Source: Klebsormidium nitens
Lineage: Eukaryota > Plantae > Klebsormidiophyceae
NCBI GenBank assembly: GCA_000708835.1
Contig: DF236997.1
Coordinates: 217,608 to 281,607 of the forward strand
Reading direction: 5' to 3'
DNA length: 64,000 nucleotides
Shown here: positions 23,201 to 35,500 of the stretch, in pieces
Position numbering within the stretch: position 1 is the first letter of the stretch
Layout: the number at the start of each line of letters is the position of its first letter
The notes under the pieces: model-generated
Database searches by the model: none
What the model was told of the DNA's origin: nothing
Seen by the model: only the letters and a program-made list of their open reading frames with translations
Made by a program: the position numbers and the translations under genes

Positions 23201-24425
23201 CGGGGCTTTGGCCCGGGGAAGCACACAAAAGGTTTGGAGCTGGCTTTTCTGCGCGCTTTCAGCCGTCAAGTCGTAAGCTTTCTGCCGATTTTCCTGATCA
23301 GGTCATGGGGTGGCTCACGGCACAGACGCCGACCCCCAGCACGCACTATCCCGGCACCGCCAGCGGCACCGCCAACAGCTCCCTCGCCTCTAGTTCCTTC
23401 CCCTCTGCCAGCAACACCCCCGCCAGGCTCACCCCCTCTCCCGGAAACATGGCCGGGTTCAAGTTCACCGGTCCCTCCCCGCGCCAGCTGATGTCGTCGG
23501 TACATGCAGCGGCTGACGATCGCAGGGGGTTTGCGTTAGGTGAGCACTTTGCGGGCTTGTCACTATTTCGTACGCGGCTGTTAACGGAAGTAGGTTAAGA
23601 ATATATTGTCAGTGTTACGGAGGGTAATGAGTCGTGTTGCGAGGATTCAAGGCATGGTCCCCATCGGTAGTCGGCTTCTAACATTTCAAGTGCAGTTAGC
23701 AGAGTTGGCCACCGTTTCTCACCTCCGAAGTCACAGACAAAGCGATGGTTACAAAGTCATCATGCTGACGTGCGCTTCTCCTGTGGCCGTCTTTGAAGCA
23801 CTTCGCAGCGCGTACGGCCACGGGGAGGCTGTACACATTTCGAAATACTTGAGTACTGCCCTCGCTGACTCGTCTAAGAGTGAATACAATTTTGCCAGCT
23901 GATGATTGTGTCGAAAGCATTTATAGCTCCAGAAGTGACGCTTTGAAAAGAGCATGTCGTGACCTGTAATGTGCGTAACTGTGCAGGGCACAGCCCGGCC
24001 AACCTGATGGGCCCGTCGCTGAACGTGAGCGAACTCGAGGATCTGGTGCGCCTTCTCTCGGGTTCGGAAGGAGCCGAGCCGCCGGCTTTTGGCGGATACG
24101 CGGATCTGCCGCGGAGAGGCGATGGTAAGTTGGGACACCTCGGTTTGCGCTTTACGGATTGTGCAGCGCCGTGGATGTGGTGCATGTTCGATGGATTTCT
24201 GCGGAGTAAGGCTCTAGGGACAGAAGACTAGTGGACACAGAAGAGAGGCGAAACGGTTTCAGAGCAGGCACTTGGCTCGATGGGTGAAGGCTCTCTGTTG
24301 CGGCTAAGCCCTTCAATCTGCTGGTCTGCTGACGGCAAAAGGCAACCAGTGTGATAGGACTGAAGCATTAGTCAACGGTTGCTGCAGGGACTCCTCGTGC
24401 ACTCATGCGTAGAGCAAACCTGTAG
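20293..24425 (+). CDS. R2R3-type MYB transcription factor, divergent, 10 exons
   Basis: Exons 20293-20400, 20810-20856, 21375-21560, 21984-22208, 22438-22550, 22702-22784, 23022-23084, 23302-23539, 23987-24124, 24388-24425. R2 WQEQEDEIL...KKWDLVA...CKERW; R3 WTEEED...GNKWMEIA...PGRTDNAVKNRY. The MYB exons are secure; the low-complexity C-terminal exons are phase-consistent but less certain. Confidence 0.85.
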
Positions 24426-26003
24426 CGGGAAAGGAAGCGATATTCCTTTCAAGTGCTTACGAGCCTCCGCTGCTTTCCTCATGCTGCAGGTCTCGATTCC
24501 TTCCAGACGATGGGAAGCACCCACAATTTCTCTTTCATGGGCATGGAGAGTACCCGGGGGCCGAGTTTTGACCACCTCAGCCACGGTTCTCTGTTCACAC
24601 GGCCCTCTTTTGATGATAAGATCAGGTGATTGACTGCGGTAGAGCAAGCATCTGTCCATTTGTTAATTGCCCCGGCTCTCCGGGTGAGTCACCTGAAGGT
24701 GACTGATTCTGGCCGGTGCAGAGCTGCAGAGTAGAGACCAGGTTTGAAAGTGAAACGATGATGATAGCTAGACGGGGTAGTATTTATTGCGCTGCAATCG
24801 TGCTTTGGAATGCAATACCGGGTTAGGTTAAGTTTGAATACGGAAGACCTCCAGGTGTAGGTTTTCCAAATCTCCAGGTAATTCTTCAAAAGTGAATCAG
24901 GTTTGGTCATTGAATCCAAAGGTGAGCCTCACGAAGAAGGCGGCCGGCTGAAACATTGAACTCTGGCACAGTAGAGAAACAACCAGGTGCACCATCACTG
25001 TAAGCAAGCAAGCCGCTTGCAACGAAAAAGCTATGCTTCACTGCAAGCACCCATTTCTGCACTTTTGAGTCTTGTTGCACGTTGCAGAGCATTGTCGTCG
25101 TAAAACATAACGCAACGCGGACCTAGGGAAGTAGATGGTGCCCTCAACCGAATTCGATCAATCACAAACATATTGATGTACTCATGGTCGATCTCAGGCA
25201 CGAGTCACCTCCATTTTTCTTCAAAAACGAACTCGGTGTACCTTGTGATAGTGGCAGATCCCTAGGCGCGGCGGGGCCTTAGCATATATCAGCATGTTTT
25301 GACGGGGTGTTGACATGGATGCTCGAGTTTTACCTTTTAAGTTTGAAGATCTTGATGGTATTGACGTGGTACGGACATGGATACTCGATCATATAATATT
25401 TCAAGTTTGAAATCCAATGATATCTGCTGGGTCACGTGATGAACATGTTGCAGCGCACTGTGTACAATGTTGACCTAGACAAACTTTCCAGATCGTAGCT
25501 TGATTCTTAGAGCTAAAACATTGATCACGTCAAGATGATGGTCACGACGTTGATTAGAACCGCGCAGATATGCGCGAGATATACGGGCAGAGGCATAGGC
25601 GGCTGCAGTGGAGGCCATCGGCCCGGGAATTGAGAAATCATTGAATGAGCTCGAAGATCGAACGTCATAAAATCTATCGTTCTATGTCTTTCTTACACAT
25701 GCTTTCAGTTGAGCAAAGATTGGAAAGAGCACCGTACATCGCAACCACTTGAATGACTCGGTGAAGGTCAGCTTCATGTTTCGATTTCATTGTAAATTGA
25801 CTCTGTTCTTTGTTGCTAGGAAGTGAAAGCCAATGGATCGGATCGTGAGGTAAGAATCCGGCTAGTTTAATCTTCCATCACAATATCATGTCAAAATGTA
25901 ACACTTTTCCTCTGCCACCTTTCCTTTTCACTTTGTCATCTGGTAGGTCCAAAGAACAGGAGAAACCGACCGACCATCTCGCTTTCCAGCTCTCAATCTC
26001 AGA

Positions 26004-26168
26004 NNNNNNNNNNNNNNNNNNNNNNNNNNNNNNNNNNNNNNNNNNNNNNNNNNNNNNNNNNNNNNNNNNNNNNNNNNNNNNNNNNNNNNNNNNNNNNNNN
26101 NNNNNNNNNNNNNNNNNNNNNNNNNNNNNNNNNNNNNNNNNNNNNNNNNNNNNNNNNNNNNNNNNNNN
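26004..26168. other. Assembly gap (N run)
   Basis: 165 consecutive N just upstream of SecA1. Confidence 0.99.
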
Positions 26169-26533
26169 CATGGGCTCGCCTGAGTTGTGAAGGACTCCAG
26201 GTTCCGCCATTCGACGGCTGAGAATTTAACTTCAACACACGATGCTTTGGAGGTTGCTGTTCTTTGTGTAACGCGTGGCATCTGCAGAGGGAGCCGCGTC
26301 TCTCCCAATCACAGTCGAGCAAACTGCTGACCTGTCACATTGTGGATGCGAGCTAGTTGCCCAGGCCTTCTTCCTTTGCTGCTCGCAGGGAAACGCTGCG
26401 CAGCATTGCCGTTGGCGTTGCCGGCGTTGGCTGTTGCGCACCAAGTAGCGCTACCTACATAATACTAACAGTAGGGGGGTGCGTATTGCTCTTTTGTGTC
26501 TCCTAAACCTGCACTTAGAGTAAACCTAGCAAA

Positions 26534-29500
26534 ATGTCGATCGCAGGTGGAGCGACGGCGCTCGGCGCTAAGGCCACGTTTGTGAATCCCGCGTCCCTTG
26601 TAAACAGCGCTGCTTCCAACCACTTGGCCCACACACCTGCTGCGGCGGCCCTGCCCCATGCCCTTACACGCACAAACAGTCTCGGGTCCGGTTCTTTGTT
26701 TGCAAGCCTGTCTCTGGATGGCTCTCCGAGCAGCTCGTACTCCGGCCAGAAGCTCAGCGGAGCGACTCAAAAAGAAATAAAGCAAAGTCGGAAGAGGCAG
26801 GGTGGCGCGCTGAATACGACCGCAGCATTCGGCAACGTCTTGGGAGGCTTGTTTGGGGGTTCAAAGGGCGACGATGGGTCAGCGACAGCGAAAAAGTATG
26901 CGTCAAATGTTGAGAAAATCAACGGGCTTGAGGCGAGAATGCAGGCGCTGAGCGACGAGGAGTTGCGGCAATGGACAACGGAACTGCAGCGGAGGGTCCG
27001 GGGCGGGGAAAGTTTAGATATTGTGCTGCCCGTGGCATTCGCAGTGGTTAGGGAAGCGTCTAAGCGGGTGCTGGGGCTCCGGCCTTTTGACGTGCAACTG
27101 ATTGGTGAGTCGGCGCATCTGCTCTTTCAAATGGGCTGCCCACCTTAATTCGAGAATTGAAGCAGCCCTAAAAGCCCTAAAAGTGGCCCTTGCTGAATGA
27201 CATTGGGTTCCTTAGAATAAGGGCGGAGCGGTTTCAGAAAGTTCTTCCTGAGTCCTGTATATGGACGTTTTTAGACATTGGTCACATTGTTCTTTGCCTC
27301 TGCAAAATCTGTGGCAAGGTAGTGTTGTTTCCGAAGTGGGTAGGTCAGCCGTCATTAGGTGGCCATATTGTGGTGGCATACTTTCGAACTTTCTTAAAAG
27401 TCCACGTTCAGGTTCAGCGGATAGGATTGATAAAACTTTTGCAAGACTAGTGTCGGTCGAAAATGTCGTCCACCAAGTCAAGCACTTCGGCTAGCACCAT
27501 GCATAATCCTCTCTGCGTGAATGGGGAAATGATTTTGTCTGATGTCGGGCCGATTTCAGAGGGCGGTTTGGTACGCGCCATCTGCTCGCACATAAATGTC
27601 TCGCAAACAGTCATCAATGTTCCTATGCCAGGTGGTATGGTGTTGCACAAGGGCGAGATTGCGGAGATGCGGACGGGGGAGGGCAAGACGTTGGTGGCCG
27701 TGCTGCCCGCGTTTCTGAACGCACTGTCTGGAAAGAGCGTGCACGTTGTCACGGTCAATGATTATCTGGCACGGCGTGATTGCGAGTGGGTGGGCCAGGT
27801 GCACCGCTTCCTGGGCCTCAAGGTGCGTGCCCGCTGTAGAGGATATCCTTCTTTGTTCGTTCGCTGTGTTTTGTTGGCGCCTGACTGCAGTTTGAAGCAG
27901 CGGTGAGGACGCTTTGCTGTTGTTGAGATCCAGGCAATTACGGCATTCGACTGTCAAACTTTGTGTTTAGTAGGAGTGCGTTCGGTCGCAAGCAGCCGGG
28001 CGGAATTCCCTATGGTCTGGGCTACGTTTCTTCACTCAGCAAGGGGCAGGTCTCTTGAATCTTATGGGTCAGGAGAGATCAAGGAAGTAACAGAGCACTC
28101 CATGCTCTTAGATACAACTTGAAAGAGCATATAAAAGTACAAGCATTGGACTCGTGCTAAGGGTATAGTTCTGTTGGATATTGTGAAAGGCTGGTGAAGG
28201 CTGGTGTGATGCTTGTTTCCCTGGGCAGCTTGTTGCCCAAGTCCGACTACTGCTTTGAGGGCTATTTCGTGCCTCACCCGAAACTGTCAATTCCTTCACC
28301 GAATACTGCCATATTTGCCATATCAGAAAACCCGTTTTTAAAGCATGCTTTGCAAGCGTTTTGACCGCAATAGTACCACAAGGCCATCCTCCAACTTGTG
28401 CATCTTTTGTGTGCTGAATTTCAAAGGTCTATATTACAGCTTTCTTTTCACCCCTGGCGTATCCCTGCTCCAGTAATGACTTTGTCACAACTTTGGGGAG
28501 TCAAGAGTTCCGTCAGCGGTTGGTTCGGCATCATTATATTTTTAAAGGTTCTCTGTTACAACAGGCAGAGACCAAGATGGTTAGAAGAAAGGCAAAGCGA
28601 AAGGAGGGCTCAATGGGAGGGCATGTTCCGACGCTTTCTCATTTCTTTCTGCAGGTGGGCCTCATCCAAGCTGGCATGACCTCCGAGCAGCGGCGGGAGA
28701 GCTACGCCGCTGACATCACATATGTGACCAATAGCGAGCTTGGGTTTGACTATCTTAGGGACAACATTGCAGGGGTGAGCATCTCGTTGAGTGGTTGGGA
28801 TTGAGTGTTTTGACATACTCGGAAAAGGTCTGACAGAAAGCTGTTATTGGATAGACGGAAATGTTCTGTGCACGCTTTGGAATATTGAAGACGCTTTTGC
28901 CAGACTGGAAGTAGAGCTATCTGTTGGTGCATCTGCTTTTCCGCCAGTTCATGTCTTGGCTTGTAATGGTACAGTGCGGCTCTGCTGCCCAAACGTCTGA
29001 CCTTGGCTTACGTCTCTCTTAACCAACACCTTTCCAGCTTACACAACGGATTCTCCTCATAACACCTTTCTTGACTGTCTGTCGACCTCGGCCTTCGTTC
29101 TACTATCCTGAAAGTCCCCTCTGCACGGACTTGCGTCCTCATGTTCTTCCTCCCTGAATCACACTCTTCTTGCCTAATTTCCCCCACCTCGCTCGTTGCT
29201 TCAGGCGAGAGAGGACCTAGTGCTGCAGCGCGAGTTCAGCTACTGTATCATTGACGAGGTCGACTCCATTCTCATCGACGAGGCGCGCACGCCGCTCATC
29301 ATCTCCGGGGAGAGCGACAAGCCGGGGAAGAAGTACGAGATGGCCGCAAAGATTGCATCCATTTTCGAGCGGGACTTCCATTACACCGTCGACGAGAAGG
29401 CCAAGTCGGTCGTGCTCCAGGAGAAGGGCTACGAAGACGCGGAGGCAGCGCTTGCGGTGAGTATCTGTTTGCTTATCAAGACAGGGACAGTCCGACAAGA

Positions 29501-32500
29501 GGTTTGCAGAAATTTGGATGACACATGGGATTGGTTGCGGTAGCCTTCCGCTTCAGTGGATTGTTAGGGAGTTGGAGAGGCGGTAGCAAATCGGCGTTTA
29601 AATGCTGGGTTTTCTTGATCAACACCTGGGCTGTAGGAAACGCCGAATCTCCTCGGGTGATTGGGGTTCCTGACGTCTTCCACAAACGAGCTCCTGTCGG
29701 GAAGACGACAACAGTTGTCAGGTTTGCCCCAATCAACGACACAGCATCCAGACATGACGCGGAGAGTGTTTGAGAAAACAGACGTCATCTAATCTCACTC
29801 TTTGTGCTTCATGCGGCAAAATGGGCACAACAAAATTCCTGCAAGCGTCTGCACGCAGTCCGGACAAGAGCCTTCTCATTCCTCTTTCTCAGGTCAAGGA
29901 CCTTTACGACCCGCGCGAGCAGTGGGCGTCGTACATTCTGAATGCGATCAAGGCCAAGGAGCTGTTCCTGCGGGACGTCAACTACATCGTGAAGAACGGC
30001 GAGATCTACATTGTAGACGAGTTCACCGGCAGAGTCATGGAGGTACGTGGCAAGTCTGCGTCGCTCAGCGAAGACAAGACATCAGATGTTTTCTTGAAGA
30101 AGAAGAATGCCTTGATACGACAGTATTTTCCCCGTCGAAGAATGACGGGGTTCAGGAGACTGAGTGGAAAGCCGGTACATGTGTCGAGTTCAAAGCGGGG
30201 CAATCAAGGAATTCAAGGGCAGAGTTTTTAGCAATGTAGCATACCAAGGCACCGCCGAAGTAACCTGAGCCCGGAATGTGCCTGAGTTTTCAATTAAGAC
30301 ACTTATAGGAATTATATAGAGATGAACATGAAAAATAGACTGACCGAATTAGTATACACGATATCGTTAGTATTCTCTGCTCTCCGCCTGTCAAACGATG
30401 CGGACCTGTGTCGGAGGGCTATGATTGCATTTCTAAGCATCGGTCACTGATGCTTGTGACTGCAGGGACGGGTCAAAGCTTCCGCCAGTGGGCTTGGTTG
30501 CTTCATCAGACAACTGCACCTCAGCTTCCTTCACACCCTGCACAGGCAGCCTACATCACAAGTCTTAGCTGCGGATTAGCTTCGAGAAGGCTCAGTTCTA
30601 ATCCGTCTCCCGTCTGTACAGGGTCGGCGGTGGAGCGAGGGGCTGCACCAGGCGGTGGAGGCGAAGGAGGGGCTGGAGGTGCGCAACGAGACGGTGACGC
30701 TGGCGAGCATCAGCTACCAGAACTTCTTCCTGCAGTACCCCAAGATCTGCGGCATGACCGGCACCGCCGCCACTGAGGCCAACGAGTTCAAGAACATCTA
30801 CAAGCTCGACGTCACGTGCATCCCCACCAATCGGCCCATGGTCAGAAAGGTGAGGCGCGGCGCGGGAGACGCTCCGGGGGGAGTGGAAAAGTGGCCCCAC
30901 AAACGCTTTATCGCCGCTTTCTCTTTGACTGCTCTCCTCACGGCCAAGTTTGTTTTTCCCCTTGATGTGAATTTTCCATGCAGGTTCCTTTCAGTAATGC
31001 ACGTCAGCTGATCGTGGCAATCGGTTTTGCTTGTCATCCTGGAAGGATACTCAACAGGATTTTCCGCAGAGTAGGATACCCATCTAGTCAACTACTTAAC
31101 GCCCCCCGCTCCGTAACTTTCACCTCAACGTCTCATGAACCTCCTTTGAAGATTGCTACTACACCCGCGGTCACTGACAGCAAGTCAGACATGGGCGTCG
31201 TTAACCCCTTCACTAAACCTCTCCCTTATCCCTCTCGAAACCTGTTTTCAGGACGAGAGCGACGTGGTGTTCCGTAGCGTGGACGGCAAGTGGCGCGCTG
31301 CGGTGGTGGAGGTTGTGCGCATCCACAAGCAGGGCCGCCCCGTGCTGGTCGGCACCACCTCCGTCGAACAGTCGGAGCTCATCTCGGAGAAGCTCACAGA
31401 GGCCGGCATTAAGCACTCGGTACGTTTCCTTGCGGCATCTTCCCTTGAATTGAGCCTTTGGGGCAGTTTTCTTGCTTCAGTGTAAGTTTTGAGATAACAT
31501 GCTGATCGAGCAATCGGAGCTCATCTTCGAGAAGCTCACAGAGGCCGGCATCAAGCACTCGGTGCGCTTACCGTCGGCTCTCTACCTGACTTCGATGTTC
31601 TTCTTTGGCAGCTCGTTTTTTAATCAACAAGTTGACCTACTCCCTTCGTGAATGAGAACCTTGTCCGGTTATTATGTTGACGGTAGGTCTAGAGACGCGC
31701 ACTCTCGACGGCAAAGCAGCCATAACCTGATGTGACGCCCAAGCGCTAGATCTCCTCCACTCAGAACGTTACTCAATTATGCAGAAACTATCCTTATGCA
31801 CAGATATCAGTCAAAAGCAAATGTGACGAAGCCCGGAGCAAGGTCGAAATGCTGCAGCTGTATCGGGTCTCTAATCAAATGCCCGCTGAAACATGCTCTT
31901 CTTTCCTGCCAGCTCTTGAACGCCAAGCCCGAGAACGTGGAGCGCGAGGCCGAAATTGTGGCGCAAAGTGGTCGGCGAGGCGCGGTCACGATTGCGACCA
32001 ACATGGCAGGGCGAGGGACGGATATCATTCTGGGGGGGAACGCAGAGTACATGGCCAAGCTGAAGCTGAGGGAGGTCCTCATGCCCAAGTGAGCAAACCG
32101 AACAACATGCGATTATTGGCGGTTGAATCGAGGCGAAAGGCAGTTTATGTGGCTGCTTTCTGAGGCCTCGTTTTGGCTCGAAATGAGCTGTTGGACCGCC
32201 TTCAACAGGTCCATGTACTTCTGAGAAATTTGTCGGAAAGATGTAAGACAGTTGATTTCGATTCTTAGAAAGAGACGCTCTTTCTGGATTGTTTAAGTAA
32301 GACTAGAAGAGACGTGCGGAACTGATCGTGTTGACGCGTGCAGGGTGGTGCGGATAAACGACGAGGAGCTGCCCAATCTGCGGGGCAAGAGGATGATCAT
32401 CCGGTCGTGGCGGGTGAGCAGGCCGAGTTCACAATTTCAAACACGAGAGTTCTGTTTGAAAATTCATTGGGTTTTAAAAATCCAATGGTTTGCTCAGTCA

Positions 32501-35500
32501 TGGCAGAAGATGAGGGATTGGGTCCAAGCACTGAAGCAATGGCAGTTCGCAAGCAGTGTCCGGTTGGATGAAGACTCTCCTGTGCTTGTGGAACTTATCT
32601 CGCGGCTTGGACAATGTCAAGTGGACAAGCGAACTGGTACTGGAGTGGAAACAGCGTTTTCGGTCTGTTCAGAAAGAAAGCTTTCACGATCGTGCTGCCA
32701 GGGAGTCGTCCTTTTGGTGTCTCCAAACAGCAATCCGCTCCTTCGTATTCTGTCCCAGACATCGAGGAGCGAGACTTCGGTTCACCTTTGCAGCACAGAA
32801 AACTCTCTTCCGTAGACCCGTTCCAAGGGCAAATTATTACAACTGGAGGGTTTGTCCAGTGTAGCTGTCAGATGACAATTTCGCCCCTGTCTGGAAGGTT
32901 TTGCCCTTAACCACAACTGGTTTGAGAGCATCGTGCAGATGTGGATTACGCTTTCCTTGGTAGAAGGGCACTAACGCAACCAGAAACCGAAGTGGGTTAA
33001 CGCTGATCTCTTACCTGTGTTTCGCAGACGTCCCCCGACCTGTACCCCGCTAAGCTGAAACCCGAAACGTTGGCCCTCGCCGAAGAGGCGGCCAAAGCTG
33101 CGGAAGAGGCGTGGGGCACAAAAGCAGTGCCGGAACTAGAGGCGGAGGAACGCCTCTCGATTGCGGCGGAAAGGGTGAGGCCGCCTTGCCTGTATTTGCG
33201 CTGTACGTCTAGTCCACAAACAAAGATCGTGCGGAAGGAGAGTCTTGTTTTAAGGTCAGAATTGTGCGCCTGAGATTAGAGATGGACAGTGGAGCGTTGC
33301 TCGGGCGACTGTTGAAGGAAGAGCTCGCAAAGTCAAAAAGGCATGGAGGAAAGGAGGTACTGATCCGAGCTGACAGGGCTGTCTCGTGCACCATCTGCTT
33401 TGTGCTTTTTTACCTTGTCACCCAAGGCCGTTATTTCCCCTTCACGAGTACGCTACGAATGTCTAGGTTACTCGGATACCCCTCGCTTCTCAACAGGACG
33501 AATAGAACGCCCTACAAGATGTTCGTCCTTGTGCCCTCGTTCTTTCGCAAATTCCACTCTCTCGTTATGCCGCAGGCGCCGACGTCGGACCCAGTGATTG
33601 CGAAGCTGCGCGAGGCGTTCAATGCGATGGAGGCCGAGTTCAAGACGTATACGGACAAAGAGAAAGAGGAGGTCATCAAGCTGGGGGGATTGCACGTTGT
33701 AGGAACGGAGCGCCACGAGTCGCGGCGTATTGACAACCAGGTACGAAGCGGTCGGGGCACTTCTACTTCTGGGCTATCTCGCGGCCTTGTTGGGTGACTA
33801 CTTTCAATCCGTTTGTGCATCGTTTGGGTTAGAGGTTTTCCTCGGAGTGCATGCTCTGGTCGGAAAGTAGGTTGAGAAGAAGTGCATGTTGACGGATGAC
33901 CTTCTTCTGCTGAGGTGAGTTGAGCCGGTTGGCGCCGACCTGCTTGACCCTGTTCGCCCCCCCATCACTACAATCAACTCAGTGGACAAGTCGCTGTGCG
34001 CCTCATATTGCATCCTTGGCTGAAGTCCATCTGTAGGGTAACGCGTTCTCCAAAACCGCACGCATTCCTCAAGTTAACATCGAGCTCCCTGGATATCCAT
34101 GCTCGGCTTCCCCGCTCTCGTTGCAGCTGCGGGGCCGTTGCGGGCGGCAGGCGATTCTGGCAGCACTTGTTACTCCCCATTTGCTGGTGTTAAAATGCTT
34201 TTGCTGCAGAGTGGTTTAGTTCAGAACGGAACGAGCGGCGGATCCTCTGTGCTAACTTTCTCCTCACTCTCGTTGCAGCTGCGGGGCCGCAGCGGGCGGC
34301 AGGGCGACCCCGGGAGCACGCGCTACTTCTTGTCGTTGGAGGACAACTTGTTCCGCGTGTTTGGCGGCGACCGCATGAAGAACCTCATGACCGCGTTCCG
34401 CATCGACGACCTGCCGCTCGAGTCGCGCATGCTCACCTCCAGCCTGGACGAGGCGCAGAAGAAGGTCGAGCAGTACTACTACGAGCTCAGGTGCGGGCTG
34501 GGTTCGGGTTTTAGCTTGCGTTTGAGTTTCGGATCTTGGTCTTGGGCTTTTGTGTCATGATTTTGGGTTTTTAGGTTGGAAGTGTTCGCAGAAGAAGGTT
34601 GAGCAGTACTCCGACAAGCTCAGGTGCGGGCTCGGTTCTGGTCTGGGTCGCCTTTTGAGAGGTAATCTTGGCATTTGAAAGAGTTTGAGCTTGCGAAGAT
34701 GGGCTTGGGGCGCAGAAGAAGGTCGAGCAGTATCGTTACGAGCTGAGGTGCTTCAGCATTGAGGTCTAGGGGCTTATGTTTCAGTGGTTGGTGCCAAGGA
34801 GACGATGCAAGATGATGAGGTATTTTTGTCGATAGGAGCCGTTTGCACTGGTCCAACTTAAGCTGCGGGGCCTTTCTCCGGTTTGATTTGCGTAGGCGAC
34901 TGGGCATTTTGCACGAGAAGCGAAGTTCGAGGCGGAAACAGGAGGCCCTTCCTGTTGATTCGCGAGCTGTTGAGATTCGTAACCCAATATGAATCTGACA
35001 ACCGTTCCTCGGACAGTTGAGACACTGTCTTGACGGAGCTGCCCCGCTGTCCAAGCCCGTCTTTGTCACCTTCTTGATTCGTAATTCAGCCTTACTAAGT
35101 GATTGACCATCCACCGTGATTTTAATCCGCTACAGGAAGCAGCTGTTCGAGTACGACGAGGTGCTCAACAGCCAGCGCGAAAAGGTGTACGCGGACCGCC
35201 GCCAAGCGCTTGTCGCGGAGAGCCTGGAGGGCCAGATGATTGGCTACGCGGAGCGGACCATGGACGACATTCTGGAGGCCAATATTGACCCCACGCTGCC
35301 GCGCGACCAGTGGCCCATGGAACCGCTCGTCGGGAAACTGATCCAGTGAGTGGGCATCGAGATTCTGTCCGTGGTTACAGGCGGCAAGCTCACCCACTCG
35401 ATGACTTAGCGTTCTCTCTTCTCGTCGCTCTCGCACGAGGTCGAAGATGAATGAGCTTCTTACGAGGTTGTGTGCCGAGCGCCACTGCAAGTCGAAACCA

